64,000 nucleotides of DNA from Candidatus Heimdallarchaeota archaeon (GTDB lineage: Archaea; Asgardarchaeota; Heimdallarchaeia; Heimdallarchaeales; Heimdallarchaeaceae), in the NCBI GenBank assembly GCA_016839945.1, contig JAEOTE010000027.1, positions 17,842-81,841 on the forward strand, written 5' to 3'. Every line of letters begins with the position of its first letter. The first letter of the stretch is position 1. Positions 47,815 to 56,981 of this stretch are shown here, piece after piece. Both the position numbers and the translations under genes were made by a program. The notes under the pieces were generated by a model. That model worked only from the letters and a program-made list of their open reading frames with translations, did no database searches and had not been told where the DNA came from.

Positions 47815-49839
47815 ATGAGTCTGTTTCCACAGCCAATGTTAGAAACAACAATTATAACCCCTATTGAAGATTTTCCTAGGGTTGTTGTTAATTTAGCGGA
47901 AACAGAAAAATTTATGCCAAAAGAAATAACTTCTATTGAAGAAGTGGAAGAATTCTACCATTCTTCTAAACTAGATAGTATTAGACAAATTGAAGCATCA
48001 TATAATGATTTATTTAAACTAATGCCAGAACCCAAGGAGAAACTTGGTCTTAAGATATCAAGGGCGTTTAAAAAACAACCCTTAATCGAACCTATTTTTA
48101 CAAAATGGGAGGATATAGAAAAAATAGAAAACAAAATCAGAGATGAGATTAATAACCTTAAACTTCGATTAAAGGAGTTAAGAGAACAATTCACCTCAAA
48201 AGAAGAGAAGTTCGAATTAAATGAGCTATTAGTAAAAGGATATAGATTATTGGATACAGAACAACCTTATGAGGTAGGAGCAAACGAAAGAACACTGATA
48301 GGGATACTTACAACATCTAAAATTGAGGATGCTGAGGAATTTATTAAGGAAGTTGAAAAAAGTGAAGTGATTCCTCTTATTCAGAACAAATTTATGATCT
48401 TTGCTCAAGATAAAAAAGGATCCATTTCAAAACTCATCAAGAGTCTTTCTACAGTAAGATGGTTCGAACATGAATATAAAGGACCTATTCATTTGAATAA
48501 AATTGAACTAAGCGACGAAATCGAAAAGGCTTCTAAGCTTTTGCAAGAAGAGATAAAAGGTCTTGATAATGAAATAAACGAGTTTGCAATAAACAATAAG
48601 GAAAGAATTTTAGCTCTAAAACTATCTATTGATAGTTATAGTCATTTCCTTCGGATTTATGTTTCAGCAAAAAAAACTAAGAAAACGATAATTTTCCAAG
48701 GATGGGTTGCACAAAAAAGCAAAAAGATTATACTTAAACAATTAACTAAACTTAAAGAAACAATTTGCATTTTTAATGAACCAGAAGAAGAAATGAAGAA
48801 TATTCCTGTTGTATCATCAAGAAATCCAATTACTAGAGCTTTTCAATCAATAGTTGGATTGTATGGATTACCTTCCTCCAAAGAGGTTGATCCTACTATC
48901 TTCTTTATATTCACTTTTAGTATATTTTTTGGAATTATGTTTGGAGATGCTGGCCATGGTTTAATTCTAATGGTCTTAGGATTGCTTGGAATACTTGCTA
49001 GAGGATTGAAGAGAAATGTTCGTCAGATGTTTGTTTTAGTTTTCGCAGTTGGTTTCTCTTCCTTCATTTTTGGAGCATTTATTTTTGGAGAAGCATTTGG
49101 TTTTCATCTCGATGAAATGCTAGGGATTCATTCATTATTTGGTCTTGAATATCCAATTTTAAGTCCAATTCATAAGTTGACAGAAGTATTCAATATTACT
49201 CTACTTATAGGTTCAATTCACATAGTTTTAGGCTTAATTTTAAGGATGGTGAATCAGATAAGGCATAAAGAATATGAGGAATTATTAAAAGAAACATGGG
49301 CTCAAATATTCTTGTATGCTGCAATTTTATATTTTTTGAGTTCTTTAGGCATTATTGATTTTGGAATTGATCCAAGCAATATTGCAATAGTTGGTCTTGT
49401 TTCAGTATCGATAGGGGTAGGTTTGGCTTTATTCGGTCAAGGAATAGCAAGTATCTTCCTAAAAGAGAAAGGTAAAGACATTCTGAGGAGTTTCTTAGGA
49501 GGGATAGGGAACGGATTGTTGAATCTATTAGAATCATTTAGTACTTTTATTAGTAATACCATATCTTATGGAAGAATGCTTGCTATGTTAGTCGCTCATG
49601 TAGTTTTTCTAAGTGTCATTAATGAATTAGCTGCAATGTCAGGTTTTATTGTATGGCAAATTCTTATTTTGATAATAGGCAATATTTTTGTGTTAATTTT
49701 GGAGGGGTTGCTCGTGTTTGTTCAAACTTTAAGATTACATTTCTATGAATTTTTCAGTAAATTCTATGAGGGAAGTGGAATACAACACAAACCAATCTTC
49801 GTTTTCAATAAAAAAATGGATTTGAGTAAATATGGTTGA
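47815..49839 (+). CDS. atpI: A/V-type ATP synthase subunit I (a)
   Basis: YGLP...EVDPT, FFGIMFGDAGHG, SNTISYGR (essential Arg), EGL..FVQTLRLHFYEFFSKFY.G.G. Confidence 0.96.
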   Translation: MSLFPQPMLETTIITPIEDFPRVVVNLAETEKFMPKEITSIEEVEEFYHSSKLDSIRQIEASYNDLFKLMPEPKEKLGLKISRAFKKQPLIEPIFTKWEDIEKIENKIRDEINNLKLRLKELREQFTSKEEKFELNELLVKGYRLLDTEQPYEVGANERTLIGILTTSKIEDAEEFIKEVEKSEVIPLIQNKFMIFAQDKKGSISKLIKSLSTVRWFEHEYKGPIHLNKIELSDEIEKASKLLQEEIKGLDNEINEFAINNKERILALKLSIDSYSHFLRIYVSAKKTKKTIIFQGWVAQKSKKIILKQLTKLKETICIFNEPEEEMKNIPVVSSRNPITRAFQSIVGLYGLPSSKEVDPTIFFIFTFSIFFGIMFGDAGHGLILMVLGLLGILARGLKRNVRQMFVLVFAVGFSSFIFGAFIFGEAFGFHLDEMLGIHSLFGLEYPILSPIHKLTEVFNITLLIGSIHIVLGLILRMVNQIRHKEYEELLKETWAQIFLYAAILYFLSSLGIIDFGIDPSNIAIVGLVSVSIGVGLALFGQGIASIFLKEKGKDILRSFLGGIGNGLLNLLESFSTFISNTISYGRMLAMLVAHVVFLSVINELAAMSGFIVWQILILIIGNIFVLILEGLLVFVQTLRLHFYEFFSKFYEGSGIQHKPIFVFNKKMDLSKYG

Positions 49840-50299
49840 TAGTCTACTACTAGGAATAATTGGAATAGCAGGAACTATGATAACAATATTAGGTGCAGGA
49901 ATACCTTTAGCGAAAGGTGTACAAGCAGCTGCAGCAGCGGTTGCTGAAAAACAAAAACTGAATATCTTCATTTTGATCTATCTAGCGCTTGCAGAAGCTT
50001 TAGCTATCTATGGTCTTCTCATAGCTTTTGTAATGTTCACGAAAATAAGTGGTCCTCTCCAAGGTACAGGAGAATTCACTGTTATCCATGGATATATCTA
50101 CATTGGAGCAATGTTTGTTATGGTTGTTTCCAATCTTGGTGCAGCAATTACACTCTCCAAGGGTGAACCTGCAGCAATTGGTTCAATAACAGCTAATTCA
50201 GAAGTTTTCACTCCCAACCTAATATATCTAGCACTTGGAGAGGCGTTAGCTATTTATGGATTACTTATAGCTTTTATACTTCTGAGCTTAGTTCCATAG
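49832..50299 (+). CDS. atpK: A/V-type ATP synthase subunit K (c), duplicated 4-TM form
   Basis: Two hairpins, each ending YLALxEALAIYGLLIAF. Confidence 0.93.
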   Translation: MVDSLLLGIIGIAGTMITILGAGIPLAKGVQAAAAAVAEKQKLNIFILIYLALAEALAIYGLLIAFVMFTKISGPLQGTGEFTVIHGYIYIGAMFVMVVSNLGAAITLSKGEPAAIGSITANSEVFTPNLIYLALGEALAIYGLLIAFILLSLVP

Positions 50300-50307
50300 T
50301 TTAAAAA

Positions 50308-51363
50308 TTAAACCAAGTTAATTATTAGCTCCCTGGTTTTTTCTACGGGGAACTTATATTCTTTTAAATATAGTAATTTCGTTAAATCTTGGATTTGTGT
50401 TTCATAATTCTTTAAATAACAAAGTAAGCTTAAAATCCCAAAATCGTTATGAAATGCCTTAGTCATTAATTCTAGCTCATTTGCGTTTATCCCAATCTCA
50501 ATGTGTAGAAACATTTTATCTTTTTCATAAAGTTCTATTCCTTTTGTTATTTTATCTAGGGATAACGTTTTGAGAATTTCCAAATCCGATCTTAAATCAC
50601 GAGCTTCCATCATTTTTTTTATTTGGATTTTGTATGGAAATTCTTCAGGAATAGGTAAAAGTTGAAGAGCTTCATTAACATCAACTTCAACAAAATCTGC
50701 TTTTAAAATCACTAGTAGTAAGTTCTTCAAAAGCTCTTGCTTTACAAAAAAAAGTGCACCTTCTCTTTGATTTTTTTTCAATTTTCCAGCTTTATCAAGC
50801 ATTTGTTTAAGATAAAAACTTTCAATAGCAAATTCAAATGGCCAAATATCACCAACTTTGCTATAAAGCTGTTCTGCAACTTCTATTTCTTTTTGGTATT
50901 CAGATTCTTTTAATGTCTCAACAAGTGCTGCTAAATCCTCACTCTGAAGGAGTCGGGCTATAAAAGAGGTTCTTCCCAACAACTCTTGTCCCCGAAGATT
51001 AATGACTTCTTTTAAATCTATTTCAGCTCTAGAATATAGATAACGTATTAATCGTTGGATATTAAGAGTTTCAAACTTTGTTGTATAAGATTCTAAGAAT
51101 TCTTTTCCCCATTTAGGGGAATTTCGCAGAATGAAAATATATTGGTCTATTAGTTTTGATGTCAGAAGTTTTTCTATTTCATGGGATTTGTAGGATGGAT
51201 GATCTTTTAATTTCTCACCGATGTCTATTACTTTCAGTTCATTGATGAAATCTTCATAAGGTTTATTTATTAAGTTGTCCCAGTCTTCTTTAGTTAGAAG
51301 CTTCGCATATTGTCCCCTAATATAACTCGTTAATAAAGCTATATCTGGTGAAATATTTGACAT
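50308..51363 (-). CDS. atpC: A/V-type ATP synthase subunit C (AhaC / V0 d-like)
   Basis: YIRGQYAKLL...W..L, NIQRLIR, LKESEY, YLK.YE.QI.DL, ..E.IRE.II; located in the ATPase cluster. Confidence 0.85.
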   Translation of the reverse strand: MSNISPDIALLTSYIRGQYAKLLTKEDWDNLINKPYEDFINELKVIDIGEKLKDHPSYKSHEIEKLLTSKLIDQYIFILRNSPKWGKEFLESYTTKFETLNIQRLIRYLYSRAEIDLKEVINLRGQELLGRTSFIARLLQSEDLAALVETLKESEYQKEIEVAEQLYSKVGDIWPFEFAIESFYLKQMLDKAGKLKKNQREGALFFVKQELLKNLLLVILKADFVEVDVNEALQLLPIPEEFPYKIQIKKMMEARDLRSDLEILKTLSLDKITKGIELYEKDKMFLHIEIGINANELELMTKAFHNDFGILSLLCYLKNYETQIQDLTKLLYLKEYKFPVEKTRELIINLV

Positions 51364-51683
51364 CAAAAGAACAAGAGATAATTGAACAAATAAAGCTTGC
51401 TGAACAACAAGCAGAAAAACGCATTAAAGACTCCAAAAATGAAGCACATTTCCTGCTTGAAAAGGCTCAAAGCGATAGAATCAGAAGATTTGAGAGTGCA
51501 AAAAGTGATGCAAGAGAAATTCTCAAGAAAAAAATTGAGGAAGCTAAAGATACATCACAATATGAGCACTTAATCCAAGAAGCTGAAACTAATGCTAATC
51601 TTTTGAGAGAAAAAACTAAGAACAAGATCGAGAAAGTTGCTAAAGAGATTACAGATTATATACTTGAAATTGGTAAGAGGTAA
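51348..51683 (+). CDS. atpH: A/V-type ATP synthase subunit H/G (peripheral stalk)
   Basis: EIIEQIK.AE..AE..I..SK.EA..L.EKA right-handed coiled-coil pattern, ~110 aa; start GTG 51348 or TTG 51357. Confidence 0.8.
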   Translation: MKYLTSKEQEIIEQIKLAEQQAEKRIKDSKNEAHFLLEKAQSDRIRRFESAKSDAREILKKKIEEAKDTSQYEHLIQEAETNANLLREKTKNKIEKVAKEITDYILEIGKR

Positions 51684-51685
51684 AA

Positions 51686-52438
51686 TTATTCTTCTTCTAC
51701 AAAATCCAATTCCTCAAATTCAAGATCATCAAATTCTGTCTCATCAAACTCTATTTCTTCTAACTGATCTTCCTTTTGTGCATCTTCTTTAAGATCTTCT
51801 ATGTGATCTAAAATCATATCATGAAGTTCTGAAAATTCATCTGCAATGAAAAGTGTATCCAATTCACCCTCATCCGAGTATCCCCAAGCAACTCCAAAAC
51901 AAGAAATCTTTAACATTTCAGCAACAATCACATCATTTGGAAGATCACCTATTAGAACACTTCTGGAGATTGAATCAGCATCAAAGTTATCTGTTATAAG
52001 AGCTAATTTATCCTCACCAGATAGAGTCATATCGAAGGGATTGCTTTTCCCAAAGAGTTTTTTCAAAACTTTGTCAGAGTATTCTTTGTTCGCCATTGTA
52101 GGATTCTGTGTAACAATTACCAAAATTAAATTATCTATTTTCCTTATCTTCTCTAATGTTTCTTTCGCTTGAGGAACTAATTGTATTTTCTCGAGAAATA
52201 TTTCTTCTTGAAGTTTTTGCAATTTCCTCTTGTTTAAAAGGAGTTTTATTGGATTTACAGGATACTTAAAGAACATGTCCATACTCATTCTTTTCCTTGA
52301 AGCATCTTTGTACATCTGAATAATTTGTATTTTTGAGAATTCTTTACCAAAAGCTTTTTTGAAAACAGCTTGTGTAATAGTTATTGTGTCTACAACAGTC
52401 CCACCAAAATCAAAAAAAATAGGGATTGATTTTTCCAT
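51686..52438 (-). CDS. HAD-family hydrolase with acidic C-terminal tail
   Basis: FFDFGGTVVD motif I, VTQN, K, IGDLPND, GV.WG; Asp/Glu-rich tail. Confidence 0.88.
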   Translation of the reverse strand: MEKSIPIFFDFGGTVVDTITITQAVFKKAFGKEFSKIQIIQMYKDASRKRMSMDMFFKYPVNPIKLLLNKRKLQKLQEEIFLEKIQLVPQAKETLEKIRKIDNLILVIVTQNPTMANKEYSDKVLKKLFGKSNPFDMTLSGEDKLALITDNFDADSISRSVLIGDLPNDVIVAEMLKISCFGVAWGYSDEGELDTLFIADEFSELHDMILDHIEDLKEDAQKEDQLEEIEFDETEFDDLEFEELDFVEEE

Positions 52439-52511
52439 TTCATCACTTCATCTACATAGTTATGCATAAAAAAAAGAAAGAGGTTTTAATTTGTTGCTAT
52501 GAAAGCTAATT

Positions 52512-53501
52512 TCATCTTCTTCTTCGTCTTCGAGTTTCTCTGTATCTGGTCTTTAATCCTAGTTGCAATGTTCTTGCTGCAAAAACAAGACCTGCAATTG
52601 CTGCAAAAATACCAAAATAGAAGAAAATTTGTTGAACTGCTAGGTATATTCCGGCTAATCCAATAGCACCAAATAAGAAAGATAACACACCTACTTGTAT
52701 CCAATAAGATGTTTCTCTTGGTATTTGGGTTATTACTGTTCGACCAGTTGCACCATCAAGTATAGCAGTTTGCTTTTTACCTGAAAATTCGAATTCTAGA
52801 AAATAGAAGGGTATATGCAATAGATAGACACCTTTTACTTCAGGTTGATCTCTAACTTCTTGGATTTGGGCTAATTCTTTAAGCATCAAACCTTTATGTA
52901 TTTCTCTCATTGAATTTATTGCTTCTGCTTTTGCTTGTTCAAGATCAAAAACACTTGGAGACACATCTGCTCTTACTTTTTCAGCTTCAAGTGCTTGGAA
53001 ATATACTTTTCCTCTAGTTGAGATCTCAAAATTGAGAAGTTCATTATTTATTTCTTCAGCTGCATAAATGATAAATTCTCTTTCATCATCAAAGACTCCT
53101 TGTTCAGGTTTTGGATGAAAATCTATGTTTCTGTAACCAGATTTATAACGGAAGCTATAAGTTGCATATTCACCTACACCTGAATATTCTGTACGAAGAT
53201 GAACTGTAACTATGAAGTAAGGTATAAACTTCAAGTCTAGTTTTGATATTTTAAGTGATTTATGCAGATCTTCTGGTGTTCCTGGATGCTTGAGGATATC
53301 TCCTACAAGCTCTGTTCTGATTTGTTCCGCATCATACATCACAGGTAACATATAATGTTCAATTAATTCTTTGACTTTCTTCAATTCACTTGTAACACTG
53401 CAATATGGACATGTAACATGAGTCTGAGTGTCTTCCATTTCAAGTGGAGCTGCACAATTTGGGCACATTATACTTTTCATTTTTTTAACCTCCATGTACA
53501 C
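52512..53501 (-). CDS. Zinc-ribbon protein with C-terminal 2-TM anchor (paralogue A)
   Basis: CPNCAAPL...CPYC, FIPYF, HIPFY..LDGATG, two TM. Confidence 0.78.
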   Translation of the reverse strand: MYMEVKKMKSIMCPNCAAPLEMEDTQTHVTCPYCSVTSELKKVKELIEHYMLPVMYDAEQIRTELVGDILKHPGTPEDLHKSLKISKLDLKFIPYFIVTVHLRTEYSGVGEYATYSFRYKSGYRNIDFHPKPEQGVFDDEREFIIYAAEEINNELLNFEISTRGKVYFQALEAEKVRADVSPSVFDLEQAKAEAINSMREIHKGLMLKELAQIQEVRDQPEVKGVYLLHIPFYFLEFEFSGKKQTAILDGATGRTVITQIPRETSYWIQVGVLSFLFGAIGLAGIYLAVQQIFFYFGIFAAIAGLVFAARTLQLGLKTRYRETRRRRRR

Positions 53502-54489
53502 TCATAGGCTTAAACGTATTCTTCAGCGTAAAGAACCCTATAACAGCAGCTACAATTCCAGCAATTATTGGTACGGCTACTTGATCACCGAAGAAATAGC
53601 TTACGGCTCCTCCACCACCTAGGAAGAGGAATGATAGCGTAAGGAAAATAACTCTGAATCTTGTTGTAACAGGAATTTCTCCTAAAATTACACTTCCAGT
53701 ACTTCCAAGAATTGCTATTCTGTATGTTTCATCTTTAAAGATATATTCGACTTGCCAAACTGGAGCATGCACGAAGTATGTTCCAGTATATGATATTTGA
53801 GTAGCACAATCAAAGACTTTAGTACAAGCTTTTTCAGCTCGAGATCTGTGATCATCAAAAACTATTGTTTTGCCTAGTTGATTCGCAGCTTCTAAGGATA
53901 TTTCTGAAGATAAATAATCAAATTCCTTTTCAGTACCTGTTAAACGATCATAATTAAAAGGCACTGCTCTTGAGAAAGTAGCTCTAACAAGATCCTTCAC
54001 TTTGTCGTAACCGTAAATTGAGCTACCTCTTCTCCCAAGAAGAACGTCTACTCTTTTTTCATTGATTTCATTATCAACAGGTCTATAAACCGTAACATGT
54101 TCAGTCACCGTTCTTCTGTTCTTTCCTGTACCAACTGTTCGAGTTTTTGTTTCAGAATACCTTAGATAACCTACAAAATGAGTATATGCATCAGTATTAA
54201 CACACCAAAACGGAGTTAAGATCGGACTTACTTTTGTTATTTTATAGCCTCTGATTCCTCGTAGATATCCTTTTTTTCTGATGAAATTCTTCACAATATC
54301 ATGTACTTGTTTCTGATTGATTGTATTTTCGAGTATATAGTGGTTTTCGAATTTACTTCCATCTGATAAAACCGCTTGACCACAAGATACACAGTTGAAA
54401 ATCTTGTCCTCTGGATTTATTTCCAGTGGAGAATTACAATAAGGACATTGAAATTTTGTTAATTCACTCATTAAAGATACAATATTCAA
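53485..54489 (-). CDS. Zinc-ribbon protein with C-terminal 2-TM anchor (paralogue B)
   Basis: CPYCNSPL...CVSCG, TPFW, HAPVW..Y...ILGSTG.V.GEIP, two TM. Confidence 0.78.
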   Translation of the reverse strand: MNIVSLMSELTKFQCPYCNSPLEINPEDKIFNCVSCGQAVLSDGSKFENHYILENTINQKQVHDIVKNFIRKKGYLRGIRGYKITKVSPILTPFWCVNTDAYTHFVGYLRYSETKTRTVGTGKNRRTVTEHVTVYRPVDNEINEKRVDVLLGRRGSSIYGYDKVKDLVRATFSRAVPFNYDRLTGTEKEFDYLSSEISLEAANQLGKTIVFDDHRSRAEKACTKVFDCATQISYTGTYFVHAPVWQVEYIFKDETYRIAILGSTGSVILGEIPVTTRFRVIFLTLSFLFLGGGGAVSYFFGDQVAVPIIAGIVAAVIGFFTLKNTFKPMSVHGG

Positions 54490-54553
54490 AGGGTAATATA
54501 AGATTTCGGCAACTGTCCATTGATTTCAGAGAGAAGTGATTGAAAGAGCTTGT

Positions 54554-55405
54554 TTATTTCTTTTTTTTCATTTTGTTGATATTAGTTGTAACAACATCAA
54601 CTAGTTGTGTTAGTTTTTTGTATAATGGATCATCTTCAGGAAAAATATAATCTCCCTTGATTCCTAATTCCATTATGGTTGAAGAAAGTGGAAGAGAATC
54701 TAGAAAATCAATTTTATCCGGTTTGTACATCTCTATTATCTCGTTTTTCCATGATTCTAATAGCTTTTGACTCTCAGCTTTGAGCTTTGGAGGAAGTTGA
54801 TTAAAAACAAAAAAATTCAAAGAAGTCATTGCCAGTTTTTTGTAAATAGAACTTAGCATTTGTTTAGCACCAGCAAAACTAAATGTAGATGGTCTCATCA
54901 CAAATATTCTAGCATCAGCAATAGCAGCTGCATTTACTGATTCCATTCTATAACCAGGAGCACAATCATACACAATATATCTGAAACCTAATCTAAAGAG
55001 AAATTTTGTCATTTCATGCAAAGCAAAGAAAGAAAACTGTTGTATTCCTTCCAATAAAGATAACAATCCTTCGCCATATTCTACATTCTCCCTTGCAACA
55101 ATCAAGTAAAGATTGGGATTATCAGTTTCAATGATTACATCCTCACTTACTTGTTTTTTACCTAAAAGAACGTCATTTATGGTAGCATTTACTTTTTTTT
55201 CAGGTATATGAAAAATATGCTGAATAGTAGGTTGAGCTATGTCTAAATCAATCAGTATAGTTTTATTTCCTCTTTTTGCTAATTCATATGCAATATTGCA
55301 TGATAGTGTAGTTTTTCCAGGACCTCCTTTCTGAGAATGGAGAATAATTATATCTAAACTCTCTTTTGATAAAGCCAGAGCTTCTTTAAAATCTATAGCA
55401 CTCAT
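54554..55405 (-). CDS. MinD/ParA family ATPase
   Basis: Deviant Walker A KGGPGKT, IDLD, YDCAPG, FNQ. Confidence 0.92.
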   Translation of the reverse strand: MSAIDFKEALALSKESLDIIILHSQKGGPGKTTLSCNIAYELAKRGNKTILIDLDIAQPTIQHIFHIPEKKVNATINDVLLGKKQVSEDVIIETDNPNLYLIVARENVEYGEGLLSLLEGIQQFSFFALHEMTKFLFRLGFRYIVYDCAPGYRMESVNAAAIADARIFVMRPSTFSFAGAKQMLSSIYKKLAMTSLNFFVFNQLPPKLKAESQKLLESWKNEIIEMYKPDKIDFLDSLPLSSTIMELGIKGDYIFPEDDPLYKKLTQLVDVVTTNINKMKKKK

Positions 55406-55594
55406 TCAAACACCGGATATTTCATTTATGATCTTAGCGCAATTTTAGTTTTTTGACAGATATTAACAACTAATTATCATATTCTGGTCTTTATAAGACT
55501 TTTTTGTATTTAAATTATCAGCAAACTTATATTTTTAAAGCAATAAGTATTGTTGAGAGTTTAAGAAATTAAAAATAATCCTAATGGTGTCTGA

Positions 55595-56962
55595 ATGAAT
55601 ATATTATTTGATGAAACACAGAAAGAAAGAGGTAGTATTGGAGATAATTTTCAAAAACTTGCTGAATTACTTGAAAAGAGTGGTCATAAGGTCAGAAAAT
55701 ACGACACTTATCCAATAAAATATAGTTTATTATCAAATGCTGAGATTTTTGTCTTTTTATGTCCAGATGGAAGTAAGATGTACGGGCATGAGATTAAAGC
55801 ATTGCTGAGATTTGTTGATGAAGGAGGTTGTATAGCAATTTTCGCCAATGCAGGTGGCGATAAAGGTTTAAACACTAATCTAAATACATTGTTGAAACAC
55901 TTTGATATAGAATTAGTTGCTAATCAAATATTTGATTACCAGAATTTTGATCTAAAATTAGAAAGTAATGTTGTTATAACTAATATATATGATAGTCCAC
56001 TTACAGAGGGAATAGAAAATTTCACTTTTGTTTCTGGCTGTTCTGTACATATAGGTAAGGATGTGAATGAACTTGCAAGAACCGATAATTCAAGTGATCC
56101 TCCAAGTGCTACTGTTATGGCTAAAACATCTTATGGGTTAGGAACAGTTTTTGTATGTGGATCATATCTAATGCTTTCTGATAAGAAGTCAGGAATAGAT
56201 TTAAGAGAGAATAAGAAATTAGCACTTAATATTTTCAACAATATCGCAGATACACCTCTAAAAAAGAAAAAAACTGTAGAGCAACCTATAAAAGAAGAAA
56301 CTGATGCTGAAATAGAAACTCAAGCTGTTGATTCTTTAACAAAAGTTGATATGGTTAAAGAAGCTCTTCAGAGAGGAGAAAGTGATTCAGTTAAGACTGA
56401 AGTAATAAAAGCTATGGAAATGCTAAAGCAAGAAGTGAAAGCTCAAAAACCAGAGGCAGCTGAAGAGGTTCCAAAATTAAAGAAAGAAGATATTTATGAA
56501 GCTATTTCAGTTATTCAAGATTTAGAAGATGAAGTAGACTCTCTTAACATTGAGGATCCAGGATATAGAGATATCTTGATTACAGATATGGCTCGAAGAA
56601 AGGGAATAGATTATACTCAGGTTTTACCTTACCTTGAGAAATTACGCGAGAGAGAAGAAAAAGAAGAGAGTGCAGACCCTACTAGAAAAGAAGTAGATAT
56701 AGCAGATATGCCTGTTCCAACTCCAGCTGATCAATTTGAAAAAGACCTAATGTGGTTTGATGATAAACTCAAGGATTTAGATACACAAGATATGATTCCA
56801 TCAGCTAAAATTGGAGAACCAATAGATAGAGTGAATATTAATGCTTTAGTGCTTGCAATACGTGAACTAAAAAATAGTGTTGACATTCTAAGTGCAAATT
56901 TGATACATATAATGAGTGAAATACTCATTGAGCTAAAGGAACAACCAAAGAAAAGAAAGTAA
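55595..56962 (+). CDS. GIFT (GldG/IFT52-like) domain protein with C-terminal helical/acidic extension, no signal peptide
   Basis: ILFDETQKE..FQKL...L...IFVF.CP....EIKAL.RFVDEGG.I.IFANAGGD...TNLN.LL..F.I. Confidence 0.72.
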   Translation: MNILFDETQKERGSIGDNFQKLAELLEKSGHKVRKYDTYPIKYSLLSNAEIFVFLCPDGSKMYGHEIKALLRFVDEGGCIAIFANAGGDKGLNTNLNTLLKHFDIELVANQIFDYQNFDLKLESNVVITNIYDSPLTEGIENFTFVSGCSVHIGKDVNELARTDNSSDPPSATVMAKTSYGLGTVFVCGSYLMLSDKKSGIDLRENKKLALNIFNNIADTPLKKKKTVEQPIKEETDAEIETQAVDSLTKVDMVKEALQRGESDSVKTEVIKAMEMLKQEVKAQKPEAAEEVPKLKKEDIYEAISVIQDLEDEVDSLNIEDPGYRDILITDMARRKGIDYTQVLPYLEKLREREEKEESADPTRKEVDIADMPVPTPADQFEKDLMWFDDKLKDLDTQDMIPSAKIGEPIDRVNINALVLAIRELKNSVDILSANLIHIMSEILIELKEQPKKRK

Positions 56963-56981
56963 TTTTCAAGGATCGATTAGC

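Noticed and set aside
51686-52438. HAD motif I reading DFGG instead of DxD as an inactive enzyme
   Set aside because: DxG variants are common in HAD subfamily I, and the nucleophilic Asp and motif IV are intact.
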